IMG/VR virus record: IMGVR_UViG_3300021399_000102
Coordinates: 137,558-201,557 of that record
Source: a virus
Taxonomy: Duplodnaviria > Caudoviricetes
Strand: one strand, 5' to 3'
DNA length: 64,000 nt
Position 1 is the first letter of the stretch. The number at the start of each line of letters is the position of its first letter. The notes beneath the pieces were generated by a model that was not told the origin of the DNA, ran no database searches, and saw only the letters and a program-made list of their open reading frames with translations. The translations under genes were made by a program, and so were the position numbers. Below, piece by piece: positions 32,781 to 45,507 of this stretch.

Positions 32781-34007
32781 TCATGTGATAATTAAGTCTT
32801 TGCTTTTTAAGTAGGGTGTTGGGTCAAGCAACCTCTTGTCCCTCTCGCCATCAAGTTTCCAACCATCCAGGTGGCAAGTCTCTGTTCGGAGTTCAAGATG
32901 GAGCATCGCAACTGAGTGGTTCCTGATGTCGGGTCTATACTTCTCTGGACGAAGAACAGGCGTAACTCTTCCAATCAATCCACCCGCTCTTACCTTGTCT
33001 CCAACCTTGATGTTTCGAGGCTCTTGAAGTTCCCCATATGTGACAACCCCCGACTTGCCATCGACCTTGACGCACCAAGTCTCGTTCCACCAATCGCAAT
33101 CTGCCTTCTTGCCAGTGAATTCGTATATGGCAGTGACAACGCCATCTTCAACTGCGAACACGTCAGCGCAATCGTGGGTGTAGATGTCCACTCCCTCGTG
33201 GATGTCGAACTTGCGTATTGCGCCAAACGCGCCAGGCTCGTAGAACCTTGGAATGTAGTCCCTGAACTTCTCCCTGCACTTTCCACGGACAAACTCGTTG
33301 AGCATGTCGTCGCAAATGAACTTTCCGAACATGCCCTTCGCTATCTCTGCTGGTTCATTGTATGTTGGCTTTCCAAGCAAGTCCTCCTGCTTGATTGGCT
33401 GATGCCAGACGTGGCCTTCAATGATGTTCTTGATTGTGCCTATGTCAGCAAGGCCACCAATGCCAATTCCTCCACAAGCCAGGTTCTTCACGGTTGGCTC
33501 TATGAACCTGACGAAGTCGAGGGAGTCAAGATATGTCCTGTTCCTTTGATATATCGGCCCCTGATACATCATTGAGTTCATTGACTCGCAAATGTAGAGC
33601 TTCTTTCCACACCCCATCCATGCGGCAAGGACGCTTGAAACGAAATCGTCGGCAATCCCATTCGCCATCTTGCCGATGATGTTGTAGTCTGCTGGGCAAA
33701 CAACGCAAACGTCTGCCCATCGGACAAGGTCTATATGCTGTACTGGATGTCCAGATTTGTCATGCCAATCTGCTATCTCATGATAGAGCGTGTAATAAGA
33801 AGAGAAATGGTCAGTATAGAAGGATTGGCAGAACGAAACATTGGTGTCATCTGTGGTAGATAGACTGCCTTTGCTGTACATCATCAACTCTCCAGCAGCC
33901 TTGGTCATGTAGTGCTTGACTTCATGTCCATCTTCCTTGAGATGATGCGCCAGCTTGTGGGAGAGGTAGGCAGAGACAGATCCAGTTGAAAGAAGAAGTA
34001 TGTTCAT
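32781..34007 (-). CDS. coaC: phosphopantothenoylcysteine decarboxylase (CoaC/HFCD flavoprotein) fused to an M23-like peptidase domain
   Basis: TGSVSAY, HIDLVRWAD, PADYNIIGKMANGIADD, SMNSMMY, LACGGIGIGGL; C-terminal HEGVDI..FAVEDG..VKVGDKV-like..LHLE..DPTPYL. Confidence 0.85.
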   Translation of the reverse strand: MNILLLSTGSVSAYLSHKLAHHLKEDGHEVKHYMTKAAGELMMYSKGSLSTTDDTNVSFCQSFYTDHFSSYYTLYHEIADWHDKSGHPVQHIDLVRWADVCVVCPADYNIIGKMANGIADDFVSSVLAAWMGCGKKLYICESMNSMMYQGPIYQRNRTYLDSLDFVRFIEPTVKNLACGGIGIGGLADIGTIKNIIEGHVWHQPIKQEDLLGKPTYNEPAEIAKGMFGKFICDDMLNEFVRGKCREKFRDYIPRFYEPGAFGAIRKFDIHEGVDIYTHDCADVFAVEDGVVTAIYEFTGKKADCDWWNETWCVKVDGKSGVVTYGELQEPRNIKVGDKVRAGGLIGRVTPVLRPEKYRPDIRNHSVAMLHLELRTETCHLDGWKLDGERDKRLLDPTPYLKSKDLIIT

Positions 34008-34762
34008 GCATTATGTTCCTTGAAGCACTCATCCACGACATTCTTCGCAAGTGGATACACAAGGAAGGGATGTTTATCCGGCTTCTTGTACTTCCTTGGA
34101 TTTGCATCATGTTTGGAGATGACAAGAAGTTGGTGGTCGTCGTTCTTGATGTCCCGAAGATCGTTTCCTATGACGAGATCGACATTGGATTCCGAAATCT
34201 GCTTCCTCATCGCGTCAAGCAGTTCGTCCTCTGTGGAATCGACAAGCAACTTGAATCCGCATATTGTTGCGATTGGGGCGAGCTTCCTCATGATGGGCAG
34301 AACCTTGGGGAGCTTGACGAGCTTGATGCACATATCGTCCTCCCTCGACCGGTACTTGCCATTGTAGTAGTTGGCAACGCCATAGTCAGATACTGCAGCT
34401 GCCACCACGATGATGTCATAAGTCTCTTTCTTGAGAAGTTCCTCTATGCCAGACTTGTAGTCGTCGAAGGTGGAGTAGCTGATGATGTCTATCGGCCGGT
34501 ATCCATCTTCATATGTCTCGTCGTTCAAGGACTGAGCTGTTGGAAGTTTGCCATTCTTTGCTGTGAAGAACGTGATTTTCTCTATGGGATTTCCGTGTTC
34601 ATTTCCTGTGCGAAATGCCTCAAGCCCCTCGTCGAAGAATGCATCAGCTATCCGTGAGCCGAATGTCCCTCGGCTCATGTTCGTAATGCTGCGTACACGG
34701 TCGATAGGGACTTTCGTTCCCCCAGATGTTATGAGTATCTTCATGGCGAATTTCTCCTTCAC
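34004..34762 (-). CDS. coaB: phosphopantothenate-cysteine ligase (CoaB-like)
   Basis: ILITSGGTKVPIDRVRSITNMSRGTFG, AAAVSDY, GFKL, VIGNDL. Confidence 0.9.
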   Translation of the reverse strand: MKEKFAMKILITSGGTKVPIDRVRSITNMSRGTFGSRIADAFFDEGLEAFRTGNEHGNPIEKITFFTAKNGKLPTAQSLNDETYEDGYRPIDIISYSTFDDYKSGIEELLKKETYDIIVVAAAVSDYGVANYYNGKYRSREDDMCIKLVKLPKVLPIMRKLAPIATICGFKLLVDSTEDELLDAMRKQISESNVDLVIGNDLRDIKNDDHQLLVISKHDANPRKYKKPDKHPFLVYPLAKNVVDECFKEHNA

Positions 34763-35178
34763 TTCGCAAGGTTGCGCGTGGATTCAAGTATGGGCAAGCC
34801 ACCCTCGGTCGGGATGTAGATGATGGTCTTGTCGTTGAGGTCGTTCTGCTGACGAACCCAAAGATACCTGATGTAGGTCTCTGTGAGCTTTCCATTCTCA
34901 ATCTCAATCGCGGCAGCGGCACCCTTTGCGCGTTCAACCTCGGCCTGAGCATTGAGCTTCTCTGCCTCCAGATTGGCTTTCGCTTCCTCAATCTTGATTT
35001 GGCGGTTCTGCTCGGCGCGAACGAACTCAGCACGTCCCTCCAACTCAGAAGTCCAAACCTTGTACTTCGGGAGGGCAAACATAAGCACAACAACCACCAG
35101 TACGATTGTCGCAACTATGCCAAATATGATTCCAATTTCGCTTGTACCTCTCCGGCTCTTGTATTCTTCGTAGTCCAT
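34759..35178 (-). CDS. membrane-anchored coiled-coil protein (band-7/SPFH C-terminal-like)
   Basis: N-terminal TM helix, AEVERAKGAAAA, YIRYLW..IYIPTEGGLPILE. Confidence 0.7.
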   Translation of the reverse strand: MDYEEYKSRRGTSEIGIIFGIVATIVLVVVVLMFALPKYKVWTSELEGRAEFVRAEQNRQIKIEEAKANLEAEKLNAQAEVERAKGAAAAIEIENGKLTETYIRYLWVRQQNDLNDKTIIYIPTEGGLPILESTRNLAK

Positions 35179-38100
35179 TTGATTATCACTCCTTTGATGT
35201 CATATTATACATCATTTGATGGCATTTGTAAACTGCTCCACCATTCCCCTGAAGCAACTGCCACACAGGTGGTGGTGCGTCATGCCTATGTTGAACATAT
35301 ACTCAGAGTCGTTCTTTCCGCATATCTCGCAAAGACCCTCCACAGCATTTGGATTGTGTTCAACATTGATGCCCTTCAGGTATCTTGATTCAACCTTTGG
35401 CTGCTCCATTGGAAAGTCCCATATCTTCATGGTGTTCTCCTTTCTATAGTCCCATTGGGGTTCCAGACAACAACAGAAGAAAGGGAGTTTGATGTCATGT
35501 TTAACCTTACTTGATACACCTCAATATCTTTCGACTGATTCTCTGGTTGCTGCAAATACTTGGTTATGGCATCCTCTGCCTCCGCTTTAGTCTTGTGATC
35601 GCCAAGAAAGCTCAAGCACCACCAACCATCCTTCCCAGGGTCGTAGGCGTAAACTCTATAAACAGACTCACAAATATCCGGACTGCCATCAATGTACCCC
35701 ATGTGGCTTGTTCTCCTTTGTTGTTCTCAATGTGTGAGAAGATACCATATCCCGAACCCAATTCCAACCAGCAAAATGATGCAGAACGCCGAACATACAA
35801 CTATGGCTTCTTCTATCTCGTCCTCGGTAATAGGGTCAGATTCGCCCTTTGGGTCTTTCTTGTACTCCGCTATTCCGTGGAGGAACCATTCATCCCCCGG
35901 CTTACATGTGGCATCGTGTGCAATAGCTGCTGCCAGTAATCCATTCATTGCGTCTTCTCCTTCTCCAGTTTTTCAAGGCTCTCAATTGCGTGTTTGACTA
36001 TTGCCTTGAACTTGTAGTCAAAGACATAGAGGTTTGTTCTGTCCAGCAAGTTCTCAAGCCAAAGGCAATCGTACCTGTCTATGTGGTATCTCCTGGCAAT
36101 CTCATAGTGCATGTCGTGGAGATCCTTGTCCTTTGACTTCCAATAGGCAGGATCTCGTGACACATCCTTTGGCATCCACCTTCTGTCGACGCCGCATACA
36201 TCAACAAATGTAGCAAGCCTGGTTTCAAGGTATTCCTCGACCAGTTGCTCTCGCGTATAGTCCTTGTAGATGTCCATATACATTGTCTCAACTCAAATAC
36301 ACTGCGCCCGAAGTTCCTCGGGGAGATATTTCTATTATCTCATATTTCGGTCAGAAAGTCAATACCCCTTTGGAGGAATTCTGCTTCAGTCTCTTGCCCA
36401 ATCTTCACGGGTGAATGGCTTGACCTGGATTGAATACCCATCTTCAAGCTTCTCCCTGACGAACTCCAATGTCGGGTCAATCCCAGTCCAAGGTATGGCG
36501 TTTGGGGGATTTCCTGGCTTGTTGTACAACACCATAAACTTTACGTATTTCCCATCCATTTCTCCCCCGTTCCTTTCAATTTGGATGCTTGTAGTCGATT
36601 CCAACATAGACCAAACCATCGTCAGAACCATCGTTGTAGTGTTGCACCCAAAATGGGCGTTCCTCGCAATCGTATTCGTCATGTCCATTTGGCTTTGACC
36701 CACACACCTTCGCGTCAATAGGCATCTTCCTCAATGCTGCCATCAACTCAGATACGGTTGTGACGTTCTCGCTGCCCTTAAGGTCGATTTCCTTCCCATC
36801 AAGCAGTTTGTCGCTTTCATCGTAACCCATTTGACCACAAGTGAAGTAGCAGGCGCGTTCGCCATCCAAGGGACAATTTGCGCAACTTGACAACTTGCTG
36901 TGACCGTATTTGGCGCATTGGTTGTCGAAACGTTGGCTTTGCTCGTCAGCAGAACCAACATCGCAATTTCTCAATGGGTAATCAAGAACGGAATTGCAAA
37001 TGGACATGATTTGGTCGAACTTCGCATCCATTGGATTGCAAAGTTCCTTGATTTGACGTATCGCTTCAATTGGATTCTTCGTCATATGGCATTCCCTTCG
37101 TTCTCAATTGCCCTCTGAGTTTCCTCACCTCGTCACAAAGCAACGGAACCACGTAGTCCCAAGCCAATCTGGATATGTCTCCAGTGGAAGCAAGCTCTGT
37201 CTTGGAACGTTCCTTGAACAAGTCAAGATCCTTGTCAGTTATTGGCATTTTCGCATCTCTCCCAGTTGTCACATACATAAATCGGATATGCGTTCATGCT
37301 CCATCCACGGTTTTCATATGGACTTTCATGCAATCCATCCCTATCATTGCTCTTCTGAAGCAGAGGATGAAAGCAGTCCGTTTCTCCATCAAAACCGATT
37401 CCATTGCCCCATTTGCAATTGCCGCAGCATTTTTCGCATCTTCGGTAGCCATATCTGGTCTTGAATTCGTTTGCATTCATTTGTCATCCTCGTCCAATTG
37501 ACTCAACCAAGCAGTTGCAATGGCGCGTTCAATGTCGTTGTAGCAATCCTTGCAAATGATGAACTTGCCATCGTCCTCCTTCATCCGACCCATCAATATG
37601 GCAAGTTGGGTGGCATCCAAGCCAGTTGGATGTACCTTCTTGCAAATCTCACATTGGCAAATCATCTTGACGTGTCCTCCGGCGTACCCCAAATTGGTGC
37701 TTCAACATTGCATTTCTTGTCGAACCTCATTGGACAAGGAATTACACCCCAAGCTCCGAATATGCGATTGCACTTCTCGCATTTTCCGCAGAACTCCTTC
37801 ACTGAATACCCATCCTTGCTGAACTTCAACTTGAACCAACAAAGAACATCCCTCCAATGCCACATTCGTATCTTCATGGTTCCTTCACCTTGTACTTGAA
37901 CTCTTGTCGGTTTGGCTCACAGAGAACCTTCTCCAATTTGATGACATCGACTTCCTCTATCTTGCGAACCTCTCTGCTCAACAAGCCAACATAGTAGTGG
38001 TTTCCCTTGGTGTCCTTGACAACATACGCAAACACACCATAATCGTCAGTGCAAGCCGCAACAATTTCTGTATTCTTGGGTATGGAATACATTGGTGTAT

Positions 38101-38468
38101 TGGCAGCAAGATGTCCAATTAGTTCATTGTTGGTAGTGGTATTCTTTGGAGGGATATTCTTTGGCTGGAAATTGAGGATGATGCCGAGGAATATGCCAAA
38201 GCCAAGTGCTACCATAAGAACAACATAGAGCAACCACTTGATGCAATTCCACATGTCAGTAGTGTCTATCATATCCTATTGCCCTTTCGGTCAAGAAGTT
38301 CCCGTGCGGAAGTTAGCCAAGATTCAATGTCCTTCACGAACTTGTCGTCTTGATAGCCCTCCTTGCTCTTCATTACTTCAAGAAGCAGAGCCATCGCAGG
38401 TTGCGCCTTGAACACCAATTCAATTGCCTTTGGTTTCTTCGCCATAGTCGTTTCCTTTCATGTACAAA

Positions 38469-38780
38469 TCACCTGCAAGCCGATGGAACTCCAAGGGCGT
38501 CAGATGCGTCAATTTCTATCTTCTCCAGCATGTACTTCTTCACGATGGTTTGTTCGCTCCACCCCAATATGTTTCTGACATATCCCAATATCCTCTCCAA
38601 CGCCTTGTTCTGAAATCGGGTGTTCCATTTCTGAACTGCCATTTCCACCGGATTCATTTCGTCTATTGCCTTTACAGATGCACCACATTTGCAACATTCT
38701 ACGGTTGCCATGCATCTCAAGCCACCATGGAGAATCCGAGCTTCCCCACCACAGAACGGACATGGTTCAATCTCAATCAT
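38469..38780 (-). CDS. second Lar-like zinc-finger protein
   Basis: IEPCPFCGGEA...CCKC...KWNTR; start approximate. Confidence 0.65.
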   Translation of the reverse strand: MIEIEPCPFCGGEARILHGGLRCMATVECCKCGASVKAIDEMNPVEMAVQKWNTRFQNKALERILGYVRNILGWSEQTIVKKYMLEKIEIDASDALGVPSACR

Positions 38781-41377
38781 CGTTTCCTTCCTTTCTGTCA
38801 AATTGAAACAACACTTGGATTCCATCATAGTCGTCAAGTCCAGTTCCATGGTTGTCCCACCATTCCTCAACTTTCTTGAGCATTTCCTTCTTGGTCAAGC
38901 GATCTTCCAAATGTCCTTGGATGAAGGAAGCCTCGCCTCCACGCTTGAATGTGGTTATTGAAACAAGCCGTTTGTTAGATGATTTCCCAAACATCACTTT
39001 TCCTCCATGTGATCAGCGACATATTTGTACATTTCGTGCATAACCTCTTGAATCTCTGCTTCTGCGTTGGACAACTTGCGCCTTGATTCATCTGAAAGCA
39101 ATTCATCCGCACCCAATCTGTATATGTGTTGGATTCCATCTGCCACATTTATCAAGTTTGCATATCCACCACACATCTTTCTCTCTTCATATGTCATGCC
39201 AAATCCCCTTACTGATTCTCGTCCACCAACTTCTTGAGTCGATTCATCTTCCTCAAAAGGCTTTCAGAAACCAGGTCGATGTTCCCATTGTTGATGTTGA
39301 TGATATAGTCGAAGGTAAGGCAAGCAGCCACAAATGGCGCAAGTTGCTTGTCGACCTCCGGACGTTCACTGACAGATTCCAGATGATCAAGAAACGTCTC
39401 CACGATGTAATCTTCACGCTGATCTTTGGTCATATCTCCCTCCATCCTTCAAGTCCTTGAGTCGTTGAAACTCGTTTGTTATCGTGGATGCGCATTTGGC
39501 GAGAGTCTGTTCAAACGTCTCGGCATACGGATCCATTGGAATTGGAAGGTTGTCAGTGATGTGCCTGGTCTCTGATGGTTCGAGACCATAGAGAGCTGCA
39601 AGCTCCTTGTGCAGATACACTCGGTCTTCGTCGTCCCTTCCCTGAATTACGGCGTAGCAATACTCCACTGCCTTGTCGTAGAGGGAGCAATGGCCAGAGG
39701 GAGACCAGGAAATTCCCTCTGAATTGTAGAATGTGTCACAATCTTCCATCACTCACTCCTCTTCTTCCACGCATCAACCCTCTGAATCTCCGATATGAGG
39801 GTATTCTCAAGATGTTCAATGCAATCTTCGCAAAGTTCCCAGGTCTTTGGAAGTTGCTTGTAATCACGCCATGTCCTCAATTCCCTCTGGCACTCGAACA
39901 ATCGGCCCTTGGCAAGCTCCTTGCCACAGCAATCGCAAACGTGTATTGTCTTTGTCATTTCATGACCTCTTTCAAGTCCACTGAACCAACCATCTTGGAT
40001 TCAATCACGCCAATCCACTTCTTCATCAATTCGTTGTAGGCTTTCTCAGCCTCTTCCTTGGTCTCGAAGAACCCAGTCCAACACCAACTGCAAGTTATCT
40101 TGTCTATGTAGCCACGCAATTCTAAATGTTGGTCGAATGGATCTGGTTCCGAAGATTTCACGAATATGCCCTCTTTGTCAGCTTCGGCCATTACAATCTT
40201 CACCTTCTTGAAGATGACCTTGTGATTCTCTGGCTCCCAAGGATTGAACTTGAATGCACAGACCCACATTTCGTCGAGAACTGGTGCGTATAGTTCCTTG
40301 ATGGTTAGATTCTTCTGCTTCTTGAATATGTTGAATAGTTTCATTTCCCTTCCTTTCTCCATTCCTCGTACTTGTTCTTGTTTCTGTTCCAATCGTGCTT
40401 GCAATTGGAGTTGAAGATTGCGTTTCTCGCCATCTGAAGTGGCTTGTTCATCTTGCACCACATCTGGTCGAATGCCTCGGCGTTCTTCTCGGTCTTTTTC
40501 TTCATGAACTTGAAGAAAGCCTTGTCGAAGTCGTCCATCACCATGGACATTGCAGACTTGGCAGAATTCCAATCGTGCGAAGTCCCATGCGCCGGAGTCT
40601 TTCTGTTGAGAATGTCATAGGCATAGACAACCGACTCGCGCAGCTCCATTGAATCGTTGTAGAACGCATCCAGTGGAGACGTGTGCTTTATCTTCGCCTT
40701 GTAGTAATCCCACATTGTCATTCGCCGTCCTCCTTGCCATCTCCTGACTTGTTGAATGAATTGTCCTTTACGTCCTGAAGCATGAATCTGATTGTGGATT
40801 CCCGTTCATCAATCGCAGACGAGCAATATCCCCTATCCTCATGGCAGGCTTTCTTCGCTTCCTCAACCGTATTATACACGTCGCAATTTCGGCTGCCAAT
40901 ATTGCTCCGAAGCATCTCAATGGTGTCGCAAAGAAGTTTCGCAGTGTCGTGGGTCGCTCCCCTCCAAGTGTCAGACTTCTGAAAGTCTCTCCCAATTTTG
41001 AGAATGTCATCCACACTCATCGTGTTAACGTCAAATGAGGCTTCCTTTGTTGCGTTTCTCTCGTTGGAAAGCTTGCCCTCGTATTCCTTGATCTTCGCCT
41101 TGTATGCCTCGTCCCGCTTCTCGCACTCGTTCAAGTGATTGCGATACAATCTGATGAAAGTCTCAACGTAATTCTGCTCCTTTGAGAACGCCCACCAACC
41201 AACGCCAGCGAGACACCAGCCAATTCCAGATATGAACCCACCATCAGCGAATTCCAACACTGCTACCACGAAATAGCCAAATGTGGAAATCCAGTTCCCA
41301 ATTGTCCCCCATATGGACTTCTTGGTTTCCTTGTTCTCGTCAGTTTCCATATTATTTTCCTTGTTTGCCATGTCATA

Positions 41378-42655
41378 TTATACCACATCGAGGTTAGCCT
41401 GTTCAAGACGGTTCTCAGCAATCTTGAAGTATTCTGGTTCCTTCTCAATCCCCAAGAATCTCCTCCCAATCTCAATCGCTGCCACGCCAGTAGTCCCACT
41501 TCCCATGAATGGATCAAGCACCAACGCGCCCTTTGGAGCGACAAGCTTCACAAGATACTTCATCAACTCAATGGGTTTGACTGTTGGATGTATGTTCTCC
41601 CGACCCTTCTCCTTCTTGCTTGCCTTTGGACAATAGAAGAAACGTGCGGCAGAGCCAATGGACGTGTCAGAGCCGGCAGAGGTGTAGTCCGTAGGCTCTC
41701 CATTGTTGTTGAATGGGCGCGCCCCATTTGTCCGATTCCAGGTTCCACCCTTCACATTGTCAGGGAACACTTCAAGAACCTCGTCAGAGCCATCGTGGAT
41801 GAGGTTTGCTGGGAAACGTCCCCTGTTCTCCATCCAAGTCCCCAAGTCCTTGTGACCACTGTCGTATATCATCTCTTTCTTTGGTGAATGTATCACCACT
41901 GGCTTGTCAGATTCCACCCTGCACTCGTCTATGTTCAGACCACCAACACCCCACTTCAGAACATTGTCGGCTATTGTCCCCTCCACTGGCTTCCTCGCAA
42001 GGACAATAGGCTCGAACGCTGGCTTGAGGCAAGTACCCCAACCACTCCACTTCTTGGCTTCCTCAGTAATCGGAATCAAGTCCTCTCTTGGACATGTGCA
42101 AGGGTTGGCCGAGAAGAATGGCTTTCCGCACTTCGGACATCTGTTCTTCATTCCAAAGTCAATCGTTCCCTCATGGTCTCCAACAGCAGCCCTTACTGCC
42201 CTTTGCGCACCCAACTTCTTGTCAATTGCCTTTGAGATGTCCATAGACTTCGGCATGCCCGAGCTGTAAATCCACCCAAGGCATTCTCGACATTCCCACC
42301 CAGCATCCTCTATGGCGCAAGTCAAACGATGATATGTCCGAGTTCCACCAAACGCCAGAAGATGCGCACCTGGTTTCGCAATTCGAAGCATCTCCTTGAA
42401 CAATGGGGTCATGTCGGCTTGAAACGCCTGATTGTCAGTCATTCCCTCCTTCTTGAAGGTGTCAAACCCCTTGCTCATGAACGAAATGCCATAAGGGGGA
42501 TCTGTAACGATTGCATCAATCGAATTGTCTGACATGCGCTTCATCACGTCAAGACAATCAGCATTCACTGCCCCATAGAGCTTTCCACCACTCTTACACA
42601 TCTCTGTTCTTCTCGTCTTTCTTCTTATCAGTTCCAATTGCCCTTCTAATGACAT
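41378..42655 (-). CDS. DNA amino-methyltransferase (N6_N4 family, beta class, probably N6-adenine)
   Basis: IVTDPPY, GRFPANL, HPTVKP, DPFMGSGTTG. Confidence 0.92.
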   Translation of the reverse strand: MSLEGQLELIRRKTRRTEMCKSGGKLYGAVNADCLDVMKRMSDNSIDAIVTDPPYGISFMSKGFDTFKKEGMTDNQAFQADMTPLFKEMLRIAKPGAHLLAFGGTRTYHRLTCAIEDAGWECRECLGWIYSSGMPKSMDISKAIDKKLGAQRAVRAAVGDHEGTIDFGMKNRCPKCGKPFFSANPCTCPREDLIPITEEAKKWSGWGTCLKPAFEPIVLARKPVEGTIADNVLKWGVGGLNIDECRVESDKPVVIHSPKKEMIYDSGHKDLGTWMENRGRFPANLIHDGSDEVLEVFPDNVKGGTWNRTNGARPFNNNGEPTDYTSAGSDTSIGSAARFFYCPKASKKEKGRENIHPTVKPIELMKYLVKLVAPKGALVLDPFMGSGTTGVAAIEIGRRFLGIEKEPEYFKIAENRLEQANLDVV

Positions 42656-45317
42656 ACCCTATTGTGGATAGAGCCATTCCAAACATCCCAAACAAAATGC
42701 CAATCAATACGACAGCACCACCGACCAGAAGCAGAAGGAGAACAGAAGGCCATAAGAACGCCAACATCCCAATAGGAATGTATAAATCAAACACGACATT
42801 CAAGTCCAACTCGTTCCACTTGATGTCTTTCCCAAACCACATTCCAACCAAGATTGGGAACAGAACCACACCCACCCAATAGATTATCCAAAGCATCGTT
42901 TCCATATCAGTTGTTCTCCCCTTTCTTTGTCATTCTGCGCTCATACCACCAATCAGAAATCTGATTGCACCAATCCTCGCCCTTGTACATCAAGAACTGA
43001 ATAGGCTTGAATACAAGAACAAACAATACTCCAATCACAAGACCGGCCACAATTGCGCAAGCCAGAAGAACTGGCCAGAACAATATCATGATCAAGAACA
43101 CCAAAATGTCAAAGTTGTCGAACCTGGCTCTCTTTGGATGCATATACGCTCCCAACCCAATAGTTGCAATCAATACTCCAATCAAGTACAATGCAATTGC
43201 TGCTTCAATAGGCATGATGATTCCCCCTCTCTTGATAATTATATATTGTCATCTTGCTTACCAACATGTCTCAATGCCCCTTCCTCTTCCTGTCATGCTC
43301 GTCCCTGGATTCATAGGTCTTCTGCTTCAAGACATTTACGCAATAGTCGTTCTCAGTCAATATCGCAGCAACCTTCCTTGAAAGTTCCCTCACCTTCTCC
43401 TCAGCATAGGCAAACACCCTGATGTCGGGCATTCGATCCTCTGGCCACTTTCCGGTCATCCAGGGGTAATTAGGGTCGTCCATGTCTGGGTTCTGCTCCT
43501 TCGTGGGCTTTGGAAGCTTCTTGAACAAGTCGTTGCGCTTCTTCAACTCCACTTGCATGTAGATTGCAAGTTTGCACCAATCGTGATCGGTGTCATGCGC
43601 CGGTCTCTCAGACCTAATCCTGTCCAAGAGCCACTTGTACCACTTCGTGGTCTTCTTCCACCGATCGTATTCAGACCCATAGGGAATGAATGGATATGAT
43701 TTTCTAAACTGGTCAATGGTCATTTCACAATCTCCTTCATCCCTTTATTTTTCTTTCCGTATTTGCGATTTTCCCCAAAATCTCGTTCGTCTCAATTTCT
43801 GTGACCGTAGCGAACCCATTGAGCAACATCATAGTTCCACCAAGGATGCAATAGAGGGCAATACTGTTCTTGCCATGACCCTTGGCGACCCCAGCAATGA
43901 AGCAGAATATTCCAAACGTCAAGATTGATGCGAACTTTATGAAACCCTTCATGTCATCAAAATCCTTTCTTGTGCATAATCCAAAGCCAACCACCAGCAA
44001 CTATGGCAGAGAACAATAGACATATTCCAAGGCAAATTGCGACATCTTTGCCATCTGGGGCTTGATTCTGCCTACAAGCGAGATCTTCGTTGTCATCCAT
44101 CAATATTGTATTGTAGATGTTCCCAGGAACTGCCATATATGCCGGACTTGTTAAGATATTGTTGTTCACAATTTCTCCTTGTTCAATATTCGACCCTATT
44201 ATATCACATCAGTGTCCGAAAGTCAATATCCCTTCGTCAATCTTCTGGAGACAACACGAATTGGGCAAAGCATTGAAGTATGTTCCCACACTTCCAACTG
44301 TCAGAATCCAGAAGCCCGATTATCTCGCCCCTTCTCCTAATGCATCCCATTGGACATCCTTGTTCGCAATAGTTGCAATGTTCCACAAACGCCTTGACCA
44401 ATTCCGAGGAACTGTTGACAACATCGCATTTCCGTTTGGACTTCCTCGCCACATTACCCCCTTCTGCCAAGAATTCGCTTGTACTCGGCGATGTCATTGT
44501 CCAAGTGTTTGTTGTACCTGTCCACAATGTCATAGTACATATTCTTCCAACTCTCCTTCTCCCTCCACAACTTGCAACAAGCGGAAAGAAGCGTCTTCAT
44601 GTCATTTTCAAGTGGTCTGCCATCCTTCATCTTGTCCACAACGCGAAGCATGAACGTCTCCAACTTCCCACGGTCTATGTTGCCGGAGGTTGAATCCAAT
44701 ACGTTCTCAATCATCACCTTCAGGATGTCGTCGAAGTTGTCGTCAATCATTGTCTTTCTTCTCCATTTCAATCTTGCATTTCCAATATTCGGTGGCATAG
44801 TCAAGCAAGTTCCCACGACACCTTTGGCACAAATCCACCAAGGATTCAATGCTTGTCGCGCCAGAGACATCAAGCCTGCCTGCTGTCTCTGCCATGACGT
44901 GTATGGCTTCTTCAGCCTTCTTCAAGAGGTCATTTTCATTCATAGGAATATCCTTTGCCATATTATACCACTTTTCCTTGAAATGGTAAAGTTCAATCAG
45001 AATCCAGATTGTATCATCTGCCGAAGACGACAAAAAGATGGTTCTTTTGTAACCAAAGAAACCATCAAAGAAGGATCGGGGTTTTCTCGCCAAGGACAAT
45101 CCCACATCGCACACCGATGGGAACATCTTTTAAGGCGAAGGACGCTGTGCTGCGCGTATATCGTCTATGCCAACCCCCATACCCGCATAGACACAACCCA
45201 CCGCCTGTCAATCCATTGCAATAGATGTTCCGGAAACACCAAGTTGGTGGATATGGCTGCGCATTGGGAAGATGATTGGGACCTATTGAACAAGCCAATC
45301 AGGATATAGAAGGAAAC

Positions 45318-45392
45318 TGGAGCCTCCACCCCGGGTCGAACGGGGACGAGCTGATTACAAATCAGCCATTCTACCATTACAATTATAGAGGC
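45318..45392 (-). tRNA. tRNA-Thr(UGU)
   Basis: GCTGA-tt TGT aa-TCAGC; CCA encoded. Confidence 0.9.
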
Positions 45393-45402
45393 AACTTGAA
45401 AC

Positions 45403-45477
45403 TGGTGGACCGCCGGGGAGTTCAACCCCGCTATCTGCCGTGCAAAGGCAGTGTAATAAGCGATATACGAGCAGCCC
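45403..45477 (-). tRNA. tRNA-Ala(UGC)
   Basis: CTGCC-tt TGC ac-GGCAG; G3:U70; ACCA. Confidence 0.85.
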
Positions 45478-45507
45478 ATTGTAAATCCTATTGTCAATTA
45501 TACGAAA

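Larger units (their letters stand above)
35212..44960 (-). other. dense cluster of about 25 small hypothetical early ORFs (Zn-finger and membrane proteins)
   Basis: tightly packed, often ATGA-overlapping minus-strand ORFs (e.g. 35427..35702, 35945..36283, 36576..37085, 37874..38272, 39414..39752, 40341..40721, 40718..41371, 42594..42905, 42907..43215, 43271..43723) with sigma70 promoters at 36332 and 44198. Confidence 0.75.
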
